The translations under genes were made by a program, and so were the position numbers. A model generated the notes under the pieces. The model was given only the letters and a program-made list of their open reading frames with translations, was not told the origin of the DNA and made no database searches. A stretch of 63,672 nucleotides of DNA, the filler included, from Octopus bimaculoides (lineage: Eukaryota), in assembly GCF_001194135.2 (NCBI RefSeq). It is 3 parts of 2 records of this genome, joined end to end, with 100 filler letters (N's around TTAATTAATTAA, not from the genome) between each part and the next. Parts side by side here need not be neighbours in the genome. Positions count along the whole stretch, not along the records: positions 1 to 31,225 come from NC_068993.1; 2 more parts are not named here. One strand, written 5' to 3'. Within the stretch, counting starts at the first letter, position 1. Every line of letters starts with the position of its first letter. Shown in pieces: positions 1-11,893 of this stretch.

Positions 1-183
1 TCTCCCACTTGGTTTTAATATGTTGCCACATTTGTAATATGTCTTTTTTCTGCATTTTTCGTGCAGCTGAAGATTGCTCTTCATATTGCATTTAAGGTAA
101 TGCTCACATTACTTAAATAAATTGAAGTAGCATGAAACGTGCGTACTGCAATCACTTTTGAAATCTCTGTTGCTTATTGTTTG

Positions 184-214
<31 letters not shown>

Positions 215-767
215 CGAGGATGAGTCAAAAAGTAATGCCATTTTGTTTAGGACAGGCATAATTACCAACACAGGAACATGTATCATACATCAAAATGAAG
301 CTTATTATGAGTTTATTGTTTTCCCTTTCGGTAAGAAATCGATCAGAATGACACCTTGAGCATCTCAAAAGACAGTCGCCATGATTTTTCCAGCTGACTT
401 TTGCATCTTGAACTTTTTCGGTTGTGGTGATGTAGAGTGGTGCCGTTCCATTGACTGCCTCTTTGATTCCAGTTCATAACGATGAACCAATGTTTTAACA
501 CTTGTTACGAGCCTTTGAAAGTAGGTGTTGTCTCTGACTTTGTAGTGAAGAAGTGGCTCAAAGAACAGTCAACAGAATTTTATGGGGCAGGGATACATGC
601 TCACATTTTAAGGTGGAACATTGCTATTGAAAGAAACGGTGACTATGTTGAGAAGTAGGGATGTGATCCACGGAGGACCAGCTTCATTTTGATGCATGAT
701 ATATGTTCCTGTGTTGGTAATTATACCCGTCCTAAACAAAATGACATTACTTTTTGACTCACACTCG
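215..767. mobile_element. Rearranged mariner (Tc1/mariner) derivative with about 88-bp terminal inverted repeats and TA target duplication
   Basis: TA at 213-214 and 768-769. 215-302 is the reverse complement of 678-767 (about 7 mismatches by eye). Minus strand 540-303 reads FQRLVT..VHRYELESKRQSME..PKKFKMQKSAGKIMATVF*DAQGVILIDFLPKGKTINS (mariner catalytic domain). Plus strand 541-657 reads VKKWLKEQSTEFY..RWNIAIERNGDYVEK* (mariner C-terminus). Confidence 0.9.
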
Positions 768-1186
768 TATATACACATACACACACACACACATGCACAA
801 TAACTGCATATGCTTGTCAGTTTATCCCTGGAGCCTCAAATACTGAAATTTGATTTGTGCTGCTATGTCACTGCACAATGTGCAGTAAGTAGAAATATTA
901 CAATAGGTTGCAACGTAGCATCTGATTTCTTTGTATTTATGAAAAATATTTTTGGATATTTGGTATTGTTCTACTCTTTGCATAATTTATTTGTTAGCAT
1001 AATGCATCCTTTCTTCATATGTTCTTTGGCTGGTTTTAGTCATTGGACTGGTGCCATGCCAAAGTCCCACCTTCAAAGGGCTTTGGTCCATCATATCAAC
1101 GCCAATATTTATTTTATCAATCTCTTTTTGTTTGAACAAATAAGTTTCCAGACAGGAAAGACACATTATAAGGTTTTAGCCATAAA

Positions 1187-1227
1187 CACAGACACACATA
1201 CATACAGAAATATGCACACACATGCAT

Positions 1228-1258
<31 letters not shown>

Positions 1259-1400
1259 TACACACATACATACACACATACATACATACATACATACAAA
1301 CAAACATACATACATACATACACACATACATACACACATACACACATACATACATACATACATACATACACACATACATACACACATACAAACACACATA
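1187..1400. repeat. Compound (TACA)n/(CA)n microsatellite
   Basis: Direct inspection; it generates the overlapping HT/YI/VC-rich ORFs at 810-1520. Confidence 0.95.
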
Positions 1401-1829
1401 CAAACAAACATACATACATACTCTTTTACTCCCTTTTATTTGTTTCAGTCATTTGACTGCGGCCATGCTGGAGCACCACCTTTAGTCGAGCAAATCAACA
1501 CCGGGACTTATTCTTTGTAAGCCTAGTACTTATTCTATCGGTCTCTTTTGCCAAACCGCTAAGTGACGGGGACATAAACACACCAGCATCGGTTGTCAAG
1601 CAATGCTAGGGGGACAAACACAGACACACAAACACACACACACATATATATATACATATATATACGACGGGCTTCTTTCAGTTTCCATCTACCAAATCCA
1701 CTCACAAGGCTTTGGTCGGCCCGAGGCTATAGTAGAAGACACTTGCCCAAGATGCCACACAGTGGGACTGAACCCGGAACCATGTAGTTGGTAAGCAAGC
1801 TACTTACCACACAGCCACTCCTGCGCCTA
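1401..1829 (-). mobile_element. tRNA-derived SINE, family A (young, full length)
   Basis: Minus-strand head AGGCGCAGGAGTGGCTGTGTGGTAAG (A-box-like) ... GGTTCAGTCCC (B-box-like), internal TA/CA microsatellite, tail GAAACAAATAAAAGGGAGTAAAAGAG. Closely similar to 11361-11780 and 41432-42127. Confidence 0.9.
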
Positions 1830-1904
1830 CATACATACATACATGCATGCAGCACGATGTTGTTGCTAAAACATTTTACAATGCCACCCGTTAAAAAGAC
1901 TGTC

Positions 1905-2045
1905 ACATTCTCATCATCATCATCATTGTTGTCATTATCATTGTCTTCATCATTGTCACTGTTGATATTGTCCCCATTATTGCTGTTATCTTTGTCATCA
2001 CTGTTGTCATCATCACAGTTGCTGTCATCATTGTCATCCTCATTC
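1905..2045. repeat. Degenerate (CAT/TGT) trinucleotide low-complexity tract
   Basis: Direct inspection; source of the D/N-rich and S/L-rich ORFs at 1727-2126. Confidence 0.85.
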
Positions 2046-2049
2046 CACA

Positions 2050-2480
2050 CTTGCATGGCTTTCAATGGATTTTCTCCAATACAGCATCAAATTCCTTGTT
2101 GCTGTTCCTTGTCATATTCTTCATGAAGTTCAGGCTCCTAAGATAAGCATCCACCATTTCTTCCCAAGTCTTCATCTTCCTCAGGTTGTTTCTTTTTTGG
2201 ATTATTTATAATTTCTTTATTCAGTATTATCCTCCAAATGCATCACATTTAAACCAGTTCACTTCTGTTTTCTTATACACTACGGATTAGATACCTCTCT
2301 AATCAATCCTTGAGAATCCAGACCCTTAAGGAAGACTTACAGAGGACCCCAAGAGGTACAACATCGTCCCTTCATCTTTTCAACTCATTGACCAGTCTCA
2401 TGACTTTTCACCATCTTCTCTCTCCATCTTCTTCATGGTCTTCTTAGACCTCTTTTATTGGGGATTTCTCCGTGGATGTT
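2050..2480 (-). mobile_element. Degraded RTE-clade LINE C-terminal fragments
   Basis: Minus-strand KTWEEMVDAYLRSLNFMKNMTR and GEIPNKRGLRRP*RRW resemble the RTE ORF end (GRPRKTW..V..DL). Confidence 0.4.
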
Positions 2481-2689
2481 CATATTCTCTAGAGGTTGGG
2501 TACCCTGATATCATGTTATGTGACCAAATAACTTCATTCTCTATCAATTTTACAAAAGAGCTCCTTGTTTTGCAGCCTTTCCAACAAACCTGTTCCCTAA
2601 CACCTATTAATTTGGCAAAACAAAAGATTATCAACTTCTAAAAACTCAAGGGACTCTGTCATTATATTGTCTAGATACACATTTAGAAA

Positions 2690-3340
2690 GCTCTTTGATA
2701 GAACTCACTCATGTTCAACACTAAGTGTTTTTTAAGCCAGTTCTTTGGTGAATTTCCAGCTAAAGCCAGACTTTTTGCGTGTTCATATAATGACTTTATA
2801 ACATTTTACTATTGATTGGCTGATGTCATATTTTCCCATAATAAGCCATAGCACTTCATGCTATGTACAGTCAAAAGCTGTTTTAAAGTCAATGAAATTG
2901 TAGTAAAGCTTTTGACTAGTGTTCCATGTATTTTTCTGATAAAATATTAATGTTACAAATTCACTCAGAAGCATCACTCACTCATTTTTTTTGGGGGGGG
3001 GGGGGAAACCAGTCTGTTTTACTACTTATAATTTTTTTATTATTAATTTCATTCAACCATGTAAAACATAAAGCAAATCTTTGCTTTGATAGCTAATTAA
3101 ACTAATTGTATGATTGCTTTCACACTTTCTGGTTTTTGCTAACTTTGACAGTGGCATAATCATTGATTTTGTCCATTTACTGGACCATTCTATCCAAAAC
3201 ACTATCAAAAATTTACCAAAGAATCTCAGCTACATATTCGTCTTTCTACCTGAACAGTTTTGCATTTATTTTGCTGGTTCCAGGTTGTTTGTTACATTTT
3301 AGTTTCCTAATCATTTGGTTAGCTTCTTCTGAAGTCTATT
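2690..3340 (-). mobile_element. RTE-clade LINE reverse-transcriptase remnant
   Basis: Minus-strand EANQMIRKLKCNKQPG..., KWTKSMIMPLSK..HTISLISYQSK and YYNFIDFKTAFDC.*HEVLWLIMGKYDI match RT motifs 0-3, with stops and frameshifts. Confidence 0.7.
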
Positions 3341-3745
3341 TGTAACACACCTGCTGTGCATATTTTTTTGAATTGTTTTTAGTGAATTATACCTACCGCC
3401 ACTTCCTGGCTGTATTTTCTTCCTGACAGTATTTTTTCCATCTATCAGTTACTTCGTTAGCTTTGATTAATAGGTTCCTATATTTATCTCTAAGAACTTG
3501 ACATTTAGGCAGTCTTAACCATTTTCTCTGTTGTTCTTGAGTAATTTGGTGTATGATTTAAAATCTTGTTCTTCACATCTTGTTTTAATACATGTATCTT
3601 TCAATCCATCCATCTTCTTAAATCCACTATTCCAGAAAGGGTTGTGGGAATAGAGTCCTCAGCCCCTTCTCCATAGGATCCTATTAAAAACAACTGTTGA
3701 TAGCCTTTCCAGCTGGATTCCCAAGTGCAACCAACTGAAAAAAAT

Positions 3746-4102
3746 GGGTAAAAGGGTAAAGACCCCCTTCAATCATGAATGACCATGGGGCTACACCTAG
3801 AAAGTTCCCCTCTGAGACACAAGTTTGGACAAGGTTGTTTTTAATGGAAGACCAGCAGTCACCCATGCAAACCAGTCTCCCCCTCTTCCCAGGCCACCGA
3901 TGTTATCCAAGAGAAAGGCAAAGGCCAATACAGCTTGGCACCAGTGATGTCACAACTCATCTCTACAGCTGATGAAAAAACTGGAGCAACCTGAAATAAA
4001 GTGTCTTGCTCAAGAACACAACACACAGCTCGGTCTGGGAATGGAACTCACTACCGCATGATTGTGAGCTCGATGCTCTTACCACTGAGCCATGCACCTT
4101 CA
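3746..4102 (-). mobile_element. tRNA-derived SINE, family E (older copy)
   Basis: Head TGAAGGTGCATGGCTCAGTGGTAAGAGC..GAGTTCCATTCCC, then GTTCTTGAGCAAGACACTTT. Body and tail homologous to 39972-40283. Confidence 0.85.
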
Positions 4103-4104
4103 AT

Positions 4105-4460
4105 GGGTATTATCCAACCATCTGGCCCTTGGTTTACTCCCAGGTCTCCTGTTGATTGACTCAGCTTGAAGAATTCGTCTTCAGATTCCTTTCTGTGACA
4201 TTCTAACTACGTCTCCGTTTGTACTGGACCTGTAACCCTTCAATGCAGAGAACTAGTGACTTGACCCACAGACACTCCCTGATCTCCAAGCAATGCCCTC
4301 TGTCGTGTAACACTGCTCCAGAGATCCTTCTCAAGAATCCCATTTTGGCTGCTTCTACTTGCAATTCTATTCTTTTGGCCATGTACTCTTTTACTCTTCA
4401 GATTCCTTCTTCTGCATCCCTATTGGTCACTTTGCTTCATTTCCATATTTCAGTTCCATT
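4105..4460 (-). mobile_element. RTE-clade LINE C-terminal ORF remnant
   Basis: Minus-strand RIELQVEAAKMGFLRRISGAVLHDRGHCLEIRECL resembles the RTE motif AAEMGFLRRI.G.T..D....EIRE.L. Confidence 0.7.
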
Positions 4461-4514
4461 CTTTGTCTTTATCTTTTACCTCTAAATTGTTTATGTTATT
4501 GAACAGAGCCCACG

Positions 4515-4885
4515 CTGGGGCACCACCTTGAAAGGTTTAGTCAAACAAATTGACACTGGTACTTGTTTTCTAAACCAAGTACTTATTCTATCAGTCTATT
4601 TTGCTGAACTGCTAGGTCATAGGGATGTAAACAAACCAACACCGATTGTCAAGTGGTGGTGGGGCACAAAGACATTCACATAGATGCATACATACTTACA
4701 CCCCACCCCATACATACATTCACACACACCCATACATACATACATACACACACACCCATACATACATACTTACATACACGCATACACCCATACACACACA
4801 CACACACACACAATGGGCTTCTTACAGTTTCTACCTACCAAATCCACTCACAAAGCTTTGATCAACTCGAGGCTATAGAGTAGAA
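4515..4885 (-). mobile_element. SINE family A, older subfamily, 5'-truncated, with expanded internal CA/TACA microsatellite
   Basis: GTACTTATTCTATC..TTTTGCTGAACTGCTA and CTACCAAATCCACTCACAAAGCTTTG blocks align to 1401-1829. Confidence 0.8.
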
Positions 4886-6094
4886 AATTTCATGACTGCT
4901 GCCTGCGTCCATCCCTGGAAGACTCATATTTTTACTTCATTTACACTTGATTGATAACATTTTGTGGATGAGAATAAAATTGATCTGATCCACCCCTCAA
5001 AATAATTGATTATTATGGATACCATTCTACATAAACAATTATTATATGTCCCTCGAGATAAACGATTATTTTATACCACTCAAGATAAATGCCATGTTAT
5101 CATTCTACACAGTTTATGCATTGTATTTACCATAATTAATTTTAAAATTCTAATAACCTTACCCCACTCTCGTTAATTTTAATTTATCTTGCTCAGATCA
5201 CATTTTCCAACAATTCCTTTCCAAATATGAACATCTGATTTTATCTTCAAACTCCAGTCATTGTTTTTGTTCGTTAATTGCTTTTCTAAATCTTGATGAA
5301 CAAGATGCTATTATGGCTCAGCCATCAGCATTCTGCAGGGAATTGGTGTGCAGTGTCTTACTGACATTAAAAGTATTGTTGTGCAGCATGAAACCAACAC
5401 TCTTTTATATGTTTACATTCCTCTCCATTAAGACCTATTTTATGCCTATTATCTACTATAAGATTTACATATTTTATCCATCTTCTTTCAGCAATCTCTA
5501 TAACATTCCAAAAAAATCTTTCCATCTCAAAACCTTAGTTGTACTCGTTAGATTGATAAAGCATTTGTGCATTCCAAGTGCCAACTATAAAGGAATTTTT
5601 AAATAGTTTTAGCTTTTGATTTGTTCCTTTAATATATTTATCAACTCCTTTCGGAGATAAAAATGATGGTGGGGCTGGGTGTGGGGATAGCTTTTAACTT
5701 GGCTTCTGCCTGATTCAGTTTGATATTTGAGTTTTGTTTTACTCCGTTATGTGATGTTTCAATGGAGAGATAACTTGGTAGCATCTGTTACCTCTCCATG
5801 TATTGTTGATCATCGGCTTCTCTGTGAGAGACTTACCTGCCCTTTAACAGGTTTAGTTTTAATCCCTCTGAGTCCTACAAACTGTCCTTGACCAGTAATC
5901 CGGTTTGGGGTTTCAGCTGTTGTCATCAATCACTCAACCATGAGAGAAGTTGTATAAAGTTGTCTTGGGTTTCAAAATATTAGCAGCATGTAAAACCTGA
6001 GCTGGAAATTCTTTTTCTTCTCAGTGTTTTTCTCAGTTCATTTCTTCTCCATTGCTCCACACATCACTAACTTTACATATCTGAAGAAGACCCA

Positions 6095-6260
6095 TCAAGC
6101 TGAGAAAAATCGTAGTTGTGGCAGACACTGGTGTCATGCAAATGGCACCCATGCCAGTGGCACATAAAAGCACTCGGAGTGGTTGTCATTAAGAAGGGCA
6201 TCCAACCATAGAAACCATGCCAAATCAGACTGGAGTCTCGTGTAGCCCTCTCAGCTTGTC
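6095..6260 (+). mobile_element. RTE LINE 3'UTR fragment lacking its (GAT)n tail
   Basis: ATGCCAGTGGCACATAAAAGCAC..GGAGTGGTTGTCATTAAGAAGGGCATCC..AATCAGACTGGAG aligns to 10375-10716 and 27797-28015. Confidence 0.75.
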
Positions 6261-6261
6261 A

Positions 6262-6414
6262 GCTGGGTTCAGTCCCAATGTGTGACACCTTGGGTAAGTG
6301 TCTTTTACTATAGCCTTGGGATGACCAAAACCTTGTGAGTGGATTTGGTAGATGGAAACTGAAAGAAGCCCATTGTATGTGTGTGTATATATATATATGT
6401 ACATATATATGTGT

Positions 6415-6450
<36 letters not shown>

Positions 6451-6630
6451 ATGTGTGTGTCTCTGCTTGTCCTTCACCACCACTTGACGAACTTAGCAGT
6501 TCAGCAAAAATAACTGATGGAATCAATACCAGGCTAATAAAAAAACAGAATAACTGAGATTGATTCATTCGACTAAAAATTCTTCAAGGTGATGCCCCAG
6601 CATGGCCACAGTCCAATGAATGAAACAAGT
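6262..6630 (+). mobile_element. SINE family A, older copy lacking the A-box, fused to the preceding RTE 3'UTR
   Basis: Starts at GGGTTCAGTCCC (B box). Contains CCTTGTGAGTGGATTTGGTAG and the tail GCCCCAGCATGGCCACAGTC..TGAAACAAGT. Confidence 0.8.
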
Positions 6631-7039
6631 GCTTCCGTATATCTGTGAAACACAAAGTATATCTTTGTGTGTCACTCTGCAACAATTGTACATCCATAGT
6701 TTACATTGGGCACACTGTACAGAGTCCTTATCAACTACATTTTTTTCTTAGTGAAGTAATGTTATCTCATTGATGACAGCAGATTCACGTTTTGTTCCTT
6801 GTTAATGTATGAAATTGTTGTTTATTCCCAAATCACATCTTATCCTGCAAACCTAAGGTCGAAGACACTCCAACTAAGACCATCTCCTTTTATCTTTGGG
6901 TTTAGTTTATCTAAGGCTATATTATCTAATTTGTACTCTCTTTGTTAAGCTGATGCGATGTGATTTGTGAAAAATTTGGCTGTTATTTCTAGCATGTTGA
7001 ATGACCACGAAGAGAAGTTTCCTATTTGGCTGAATGCTT

Positions 7040-7214
7040 TGATGTATGTATGTATGTGCATGTGTGTGTGTGTGTGTGAGTGTGTGCTTGTAGGCATGCA
7101 CACACATGTGTGTATGCATGTATCATGGTGTCGACCAGACTACCAGCTGTTATACATCATTGGTCACAATGCACTTTACATTGTTTTAGCTTTCAAATGG
7201 TGCTAACTTGCTGG

Positions 7215-7264
<50 letters not shown>

Positions 7265-7290
7265 CACACATACATTTACCAATATATCCA

Positions 7291-7333
<43 letters not shown>

Positions 7334-8511
7334 ATGTGTGTGTATGCATATTGCATCATGCATGTTAAAATAATATCAAAAATATACAAAAAAAATTAGC
7401 TCTTAATGCACATATGCAGAATAAAAACATTTCTATCACATTATAAATATAAACATGTGTGTGTGTGAGCGCGTGTGCGTGCATGTGCGCGCGTGTGCGT
7501 GCATGTGCGCGAGTGTGCATGTGTATGTGTGTGCATATGTGTGTGTTTGCATGTGTGTTTGTGTGCTTGCGTGTCTATGTGTGTTTGCATGTGTGTGTGT
7601 GTTTGTGCATGTGTGTGTGTGTTTGTGTGTAGTGTGTGCATGTGTTTGTGTGTTTGTGTGCGTGTGTGTGTGTTGTGTTTATTACATTATTTATTCAAAA
7701 CTGAGTCTGCAGGAGGTGCTATTTACAGACTCTCATTCTTAGTTCTCAGGCTTAATTGGAATTCACACTAATGTAAAACAACAATCTATCCATCCATCCA
7801 TCCATCCACCCATCCATCCACCCATCCATCCATCCATCCACCCATCCATCCATCCATCCACCCATCCATCCATCCATCCACCCACCCATCCATCCATCCA
7901 TCCATCCATCTGTTTATCTATATTTTCATATATCTGCGTATCCATAAAATCAATGTCTTTTGCCTGAGCCCAAACACATGCATGCACATCACACACAGAC
8001 AACTGTACATGCAGATGACTGCACACACAGACGGAAGCACGTGCAGACGAGACACGTGCAGGGGAAAAAATGCATATGGACAAAAAAGCATGCAAACAAA
8101 TACAGATGCAGACAAATACATAAACACGCACATAAATGTGCATATACTTAGATATAAAGATAGATTTACACAAAAATACACACATGTAACATCCAGGCAA
8201 ATACACACATACATACATACATACATACATACATACATACATACATACAGACAAATAGTCACATATACACACATAGACAAATGCATATGCATATTTTATG
8301 TATAAATGTCAGAAGACAAACTGCATCATTGTTGCCATAGCAACATCTACTAAATTATTAAGTTATTCAGTCATGTGGCTTGCTTTACCAATTGTGTGTA
8401 AAGGCTGTTTGTCTAGGTCAGTGGTAGTGGTCAAGTAGAATGGCGGTATAGGTCGTTGTGGTGGTGGGGGAGGTGATGGTGATGGAGATGATGATGATGG
8501 TGATAGTAGTC

Positions 8512-8542
<31 letters not shown>

Positions 8543-8993
8543 GTGTGTGTGTGTACACACATGTGTTTATGTGTGTTTATGTGTATTGTGTGTGTGTGTG
8601 TGCGTGTGTGCACACATGTGTTTATGTGTATTGTGTGTGTGTGTGTGCACACATGTGTTTATATGTGTGTATATGTGTAATGTGTGTGTGTGTGTTTGTG
8701 TGTGAGAGAGCATGTGTTTGTGTGCTTGTGTGTGTATGTGTGTATGTGTGTTTATATGTGTGTGTATGTTTGTGCATGTGTGTGTGTTTGTGTGTAGTGT
8801 GTGTTCGTGGTCTTGGCAGCAATGGTGGTGTCTGGTTGTGGTGATAAGGGTGGTGGTTGTGGTGACAAGGGTGGTGGTTGTGGTGACAGTGGTGGTTGTG
8901 GTGATAGTGGTGGTTATGGTGGTGGTGATAGTTGTGGTGGTGGTGGTGATGGTGGCAGTAACATGCGTTTGTATTAGAGTGTCTTATGTGCTT

Positions 8994-9026
<33 letters not shown>

Positions 9027-9060
9027 CATGTGTTTGCATGCTTACATGCTTGTGTGTTTA
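7040..9060. repeat. Block of compound microsatellites and minisatellites (TG, TA, CTAT, CCAT, TACA, GGT-rich 18-21-bp units)
   Basis: Direct inspection; explains all ORFs in 6922-9237. Confidence 0.9.
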
Positions 9061-9564
9061 CGTGATCGTTTATGCATTTCTGTGTTTCTGTGTGTTCATG
9101 TATGTTCATGTGTGTTCTTTTGTTTGTGTGTGTTTCTGTTTATTTTATGTATTTATATATTTATGTATTTATGTGTTTGTGTGTTTGTGTTCATATTTGT
9201 GTTTAGTGGTTGTGTGTTTACATGCCTCTATGTTTAAGTGCGTTTATATGCTTCTGTGGTTATGTGTTTGTGTATTTATGTTTCTCCCTTTCTGTGTTTA
9301 TGTGTCTATGTTAATATGTTTGTGTGTTCCTGTGTTTCTATGTTTCGTTATTCTTTTATTTATTTTTTTTTGTATGTCTCAGCCCTGAGGCTGTGGCCAT
9401 GCTGTAGGTTTTTGTATTTATTTGTTTGTACATTTATGTTTTTATGTTATGTTTGTGTGTTTATTATGATTAACTGTTTATGTTTCGGAGTTTATGGGTG
9501 TTTGTGCGCTGATGAGTATCTATATAGAAACACACCACCACCACTGCCGCCAATGCCACCGCTG

Positions 9565-10003
9565 TCTATTCTATCTTTTACTTGTTTCGGTCGATAGATT
9601 GCGGCCATGCTGGGGCACCCCCTTAAAGAATTTTTAGTTGAATGAATTGACCCTAGTACTTATAATCTTTTTGGTATAAACCTGGTACTTATTCTGTTGA
9701 TCTTTTTTGTCGAACTGCTAAGTTATGGGGACATAAACATGCCAACACCAGTTGTCAAACAGTGACAAACACAGACATAAAGACACATGCATATGCGTGC
9801 ACACAAACACACACACACACACACACACAAACACACAGAGCAGAATTCTTTCAGTTTCCATCTGCCAAAATTCTCTCACAAAGCTTTGGTTGACCCAAGG
9901 TTATAGTAGAAGACATTTGCCCAAGGTGTCATGCAATGGGTCTGAACCCAGAACCATGTGGTTGGGAAGAAAGTTTCTTACCACAAAACTATGCCTGCAC
10001 CTG
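9565..10003 (-). mobile_element. SINE family A, older subfamily, near full length
   Basis: Tail CTTTTACTTGTTTCGGTC..GCGGCCATGCTGGGGCAC at left; head ..CTGAACCCAGAACCATGTGGTTGGGAAG..CTTACCACA at right. Confidence 0.85.
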
Positions 10004-10374
10004 TATGTTTATATTTTTTGTATATATGACTTTGTGTTTTTCTATTTGTTTTCAAGAATGTTTACATGTTTGTGTGTTTATAAATTTATTTTATCTGTGT
10101 TTATGTTTTTGGCATAATGCCACTGGATTAAAAAACTGGTGTTGTGTCAATAAGGAAACTGGGACACTTACTAAATAAAGAATATAAATACCAAATTGGG
10201 TTTGATATTGACCAAAAGCCAGTTAGGACATAGCTCCCGCATGGCCACATTCCACTGCTTTAAACTAGTAAAAGAGTAAAAGAATATATGCTATCTGTGG
10301 GATATTTTAGCATTGTACTATATTATTAGAATTACTTCCATCATTAATCAACATCAAAATGAAAATCAAATGGA

Positions 10375-10716
10375 AATTGTAGTTGTGATCCCCGTGCCAG
10401 TGGCACATAAAAAGCGCCATCCGAGCGTGGCCGATGCCAGCGCCACCTTGATTGGCTTCCGTGCCGGTGGCACATAAGAAGCACCAATCGATCGTGGCCA
10501 TTGCCAGCCACCTCAAGCCCCTGTGCCGGTTGCACGTAAAAAGTACCCACTACACTCATGGAGTGGTTGGCATTAGGAAGGGCACCCAGCTGTAGAAACC
10601 TTGCCATATCAGATTGGAGCCTGGTGCAGCCTCCTGGCTTCCCAGACCCAAGTTGAACCATCCAACCCATGCCAGCATTGAAAACGGACGTTAAATGATG
10701 ATGATGATGATGATGA
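10375..10716 (+). mobile_element. 5'-truncated RTE LINE 3'UTR with three internal repeat units and a (GAT)n tail
   Basis: Three GTGCCRGTKGCACRTAA(A/G)AAG units, then GGAGTGGTTGGCATTAGGAAGGGC, CAACCCATGCCAGCAT and AACGGACGTTAAATGATGATGATG. Confidence 0.85.
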
Positions 10717-11360
10717 TTAATCATAGGATTGATGTTTATTTTACCAAAGTTTTCAAATGCTGGGGTTGTGCACATGATGTATTTTTTGCATGGTTTTAAT
10801 ATCTAGAAGTCATTCCTCTCATCAGCCACTACCACCACCACCACCACCACCACCACCACCACCACCACCACAACCATCATCCAGCCAAAGTACACCTCAT
10901 CCTAGAATTGTATTTGTTACTTATTTGTTGGACACAGAGAGGCCAAAGGTCTTATAGATGGGTGCAAACACCTGACAAACTAACCAGCTTACATGACCAG
11001 CTGTTATTATTACTGTTTTTAACCCTAGGTCAGCCCCGATCCAGTAGGCCTATGATCAAAGGTATTTCAGCTGTGGTTATCTTGACTTTTATTCAGAAAG
11101 AGAATATATATATAAAATTTCCAGGATTCAAAAGGATCAGGTATTTAAATAGGGAAAGTTCTAAGGTAGGGTCGGTGATAGGATTACTTTGGTCATCTGG
11201 CACTATGTCCTTTTTTCTTGAGAATTCCTAATTGATAATTCTTACCTGTATTCACCTAATGAAAATGGTATTTTTGCATGATGTAACACTTCTGTTCATC
11301 AATAAGAAACATGCCTGAAACAGCTGTAATGAACCATCTGTTTTTATTTGTATATATATA

Positions 11361-11780
11361 CTCTTTACTCTCTTTTACTCTTTTACTTGTTTCAGTCATT
11401 TGACTGCAGCCATGCTGGAGCACCGCCTTTAGTCGAGCAAATCGACCCCAGGACTTATTCTTTGGAAGCTTAGTACTTATTCTATCGATCTCTTTTGCCG
11501 AACCACTAAGATACGGGGACATAAAGACACCACCATCAGTTGTCAAGCGATGTTGTGGGGACAAACACAGACACACAAACACACACACACATACACATAC
11601 ATATATACATATATACGACGGGCTTCTTTCAGTTTCCGTTTACCAAATCCACTCACAAAGCTTTGGTCGGCCCGAGGCTATAGTAGAAGACATTTGCCCA
11701 AGGTGCCACACAGTGGGACTGAACCCAGAACCATGTGGTTGGTAAGCAAGCTACTTACCACACAGCCACTCCTGCGCCTA
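11361..11780 (-). mobile_element. SINE family A (young, full length)
   Basis: Same head, core and (GAGTAAAA)n tail as 1401-1829. Confidence 0.9.
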
Positions 11781-11841
11781 TAGCCACTCCTGAGCCTATA
11801 TATATATCACAACATCAGAATATCAACCAAATGATCAGATA

Positions 11842-11893
11842 CTGTTATACACCACTGTTATACACCACTGTTATACACCACTGTTATACACCA
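11842..11893. repeat. Perfect 13-bp tandem repeat x4 (CTGTTATACACCA)
   Basis: Direct inspection. Confidence 0.95.

Noticed and set aside
10375-10560. Repeated 55-65-bp units resembling a CRISPR array (also 16741-17010)
   Set aside because: Eukaryotic context, degenerate repeats without unique spacers, no cas genes; they belong to an RTE 3'UTR.
11246-11314. 69-nt minus-strand segment between a TTTCAG acceptor and a CAG|GTAAGA donor
   Set aside because: All three frames contain stops, and such signal pairs arise by chance in AT-rich DNA; no other support.
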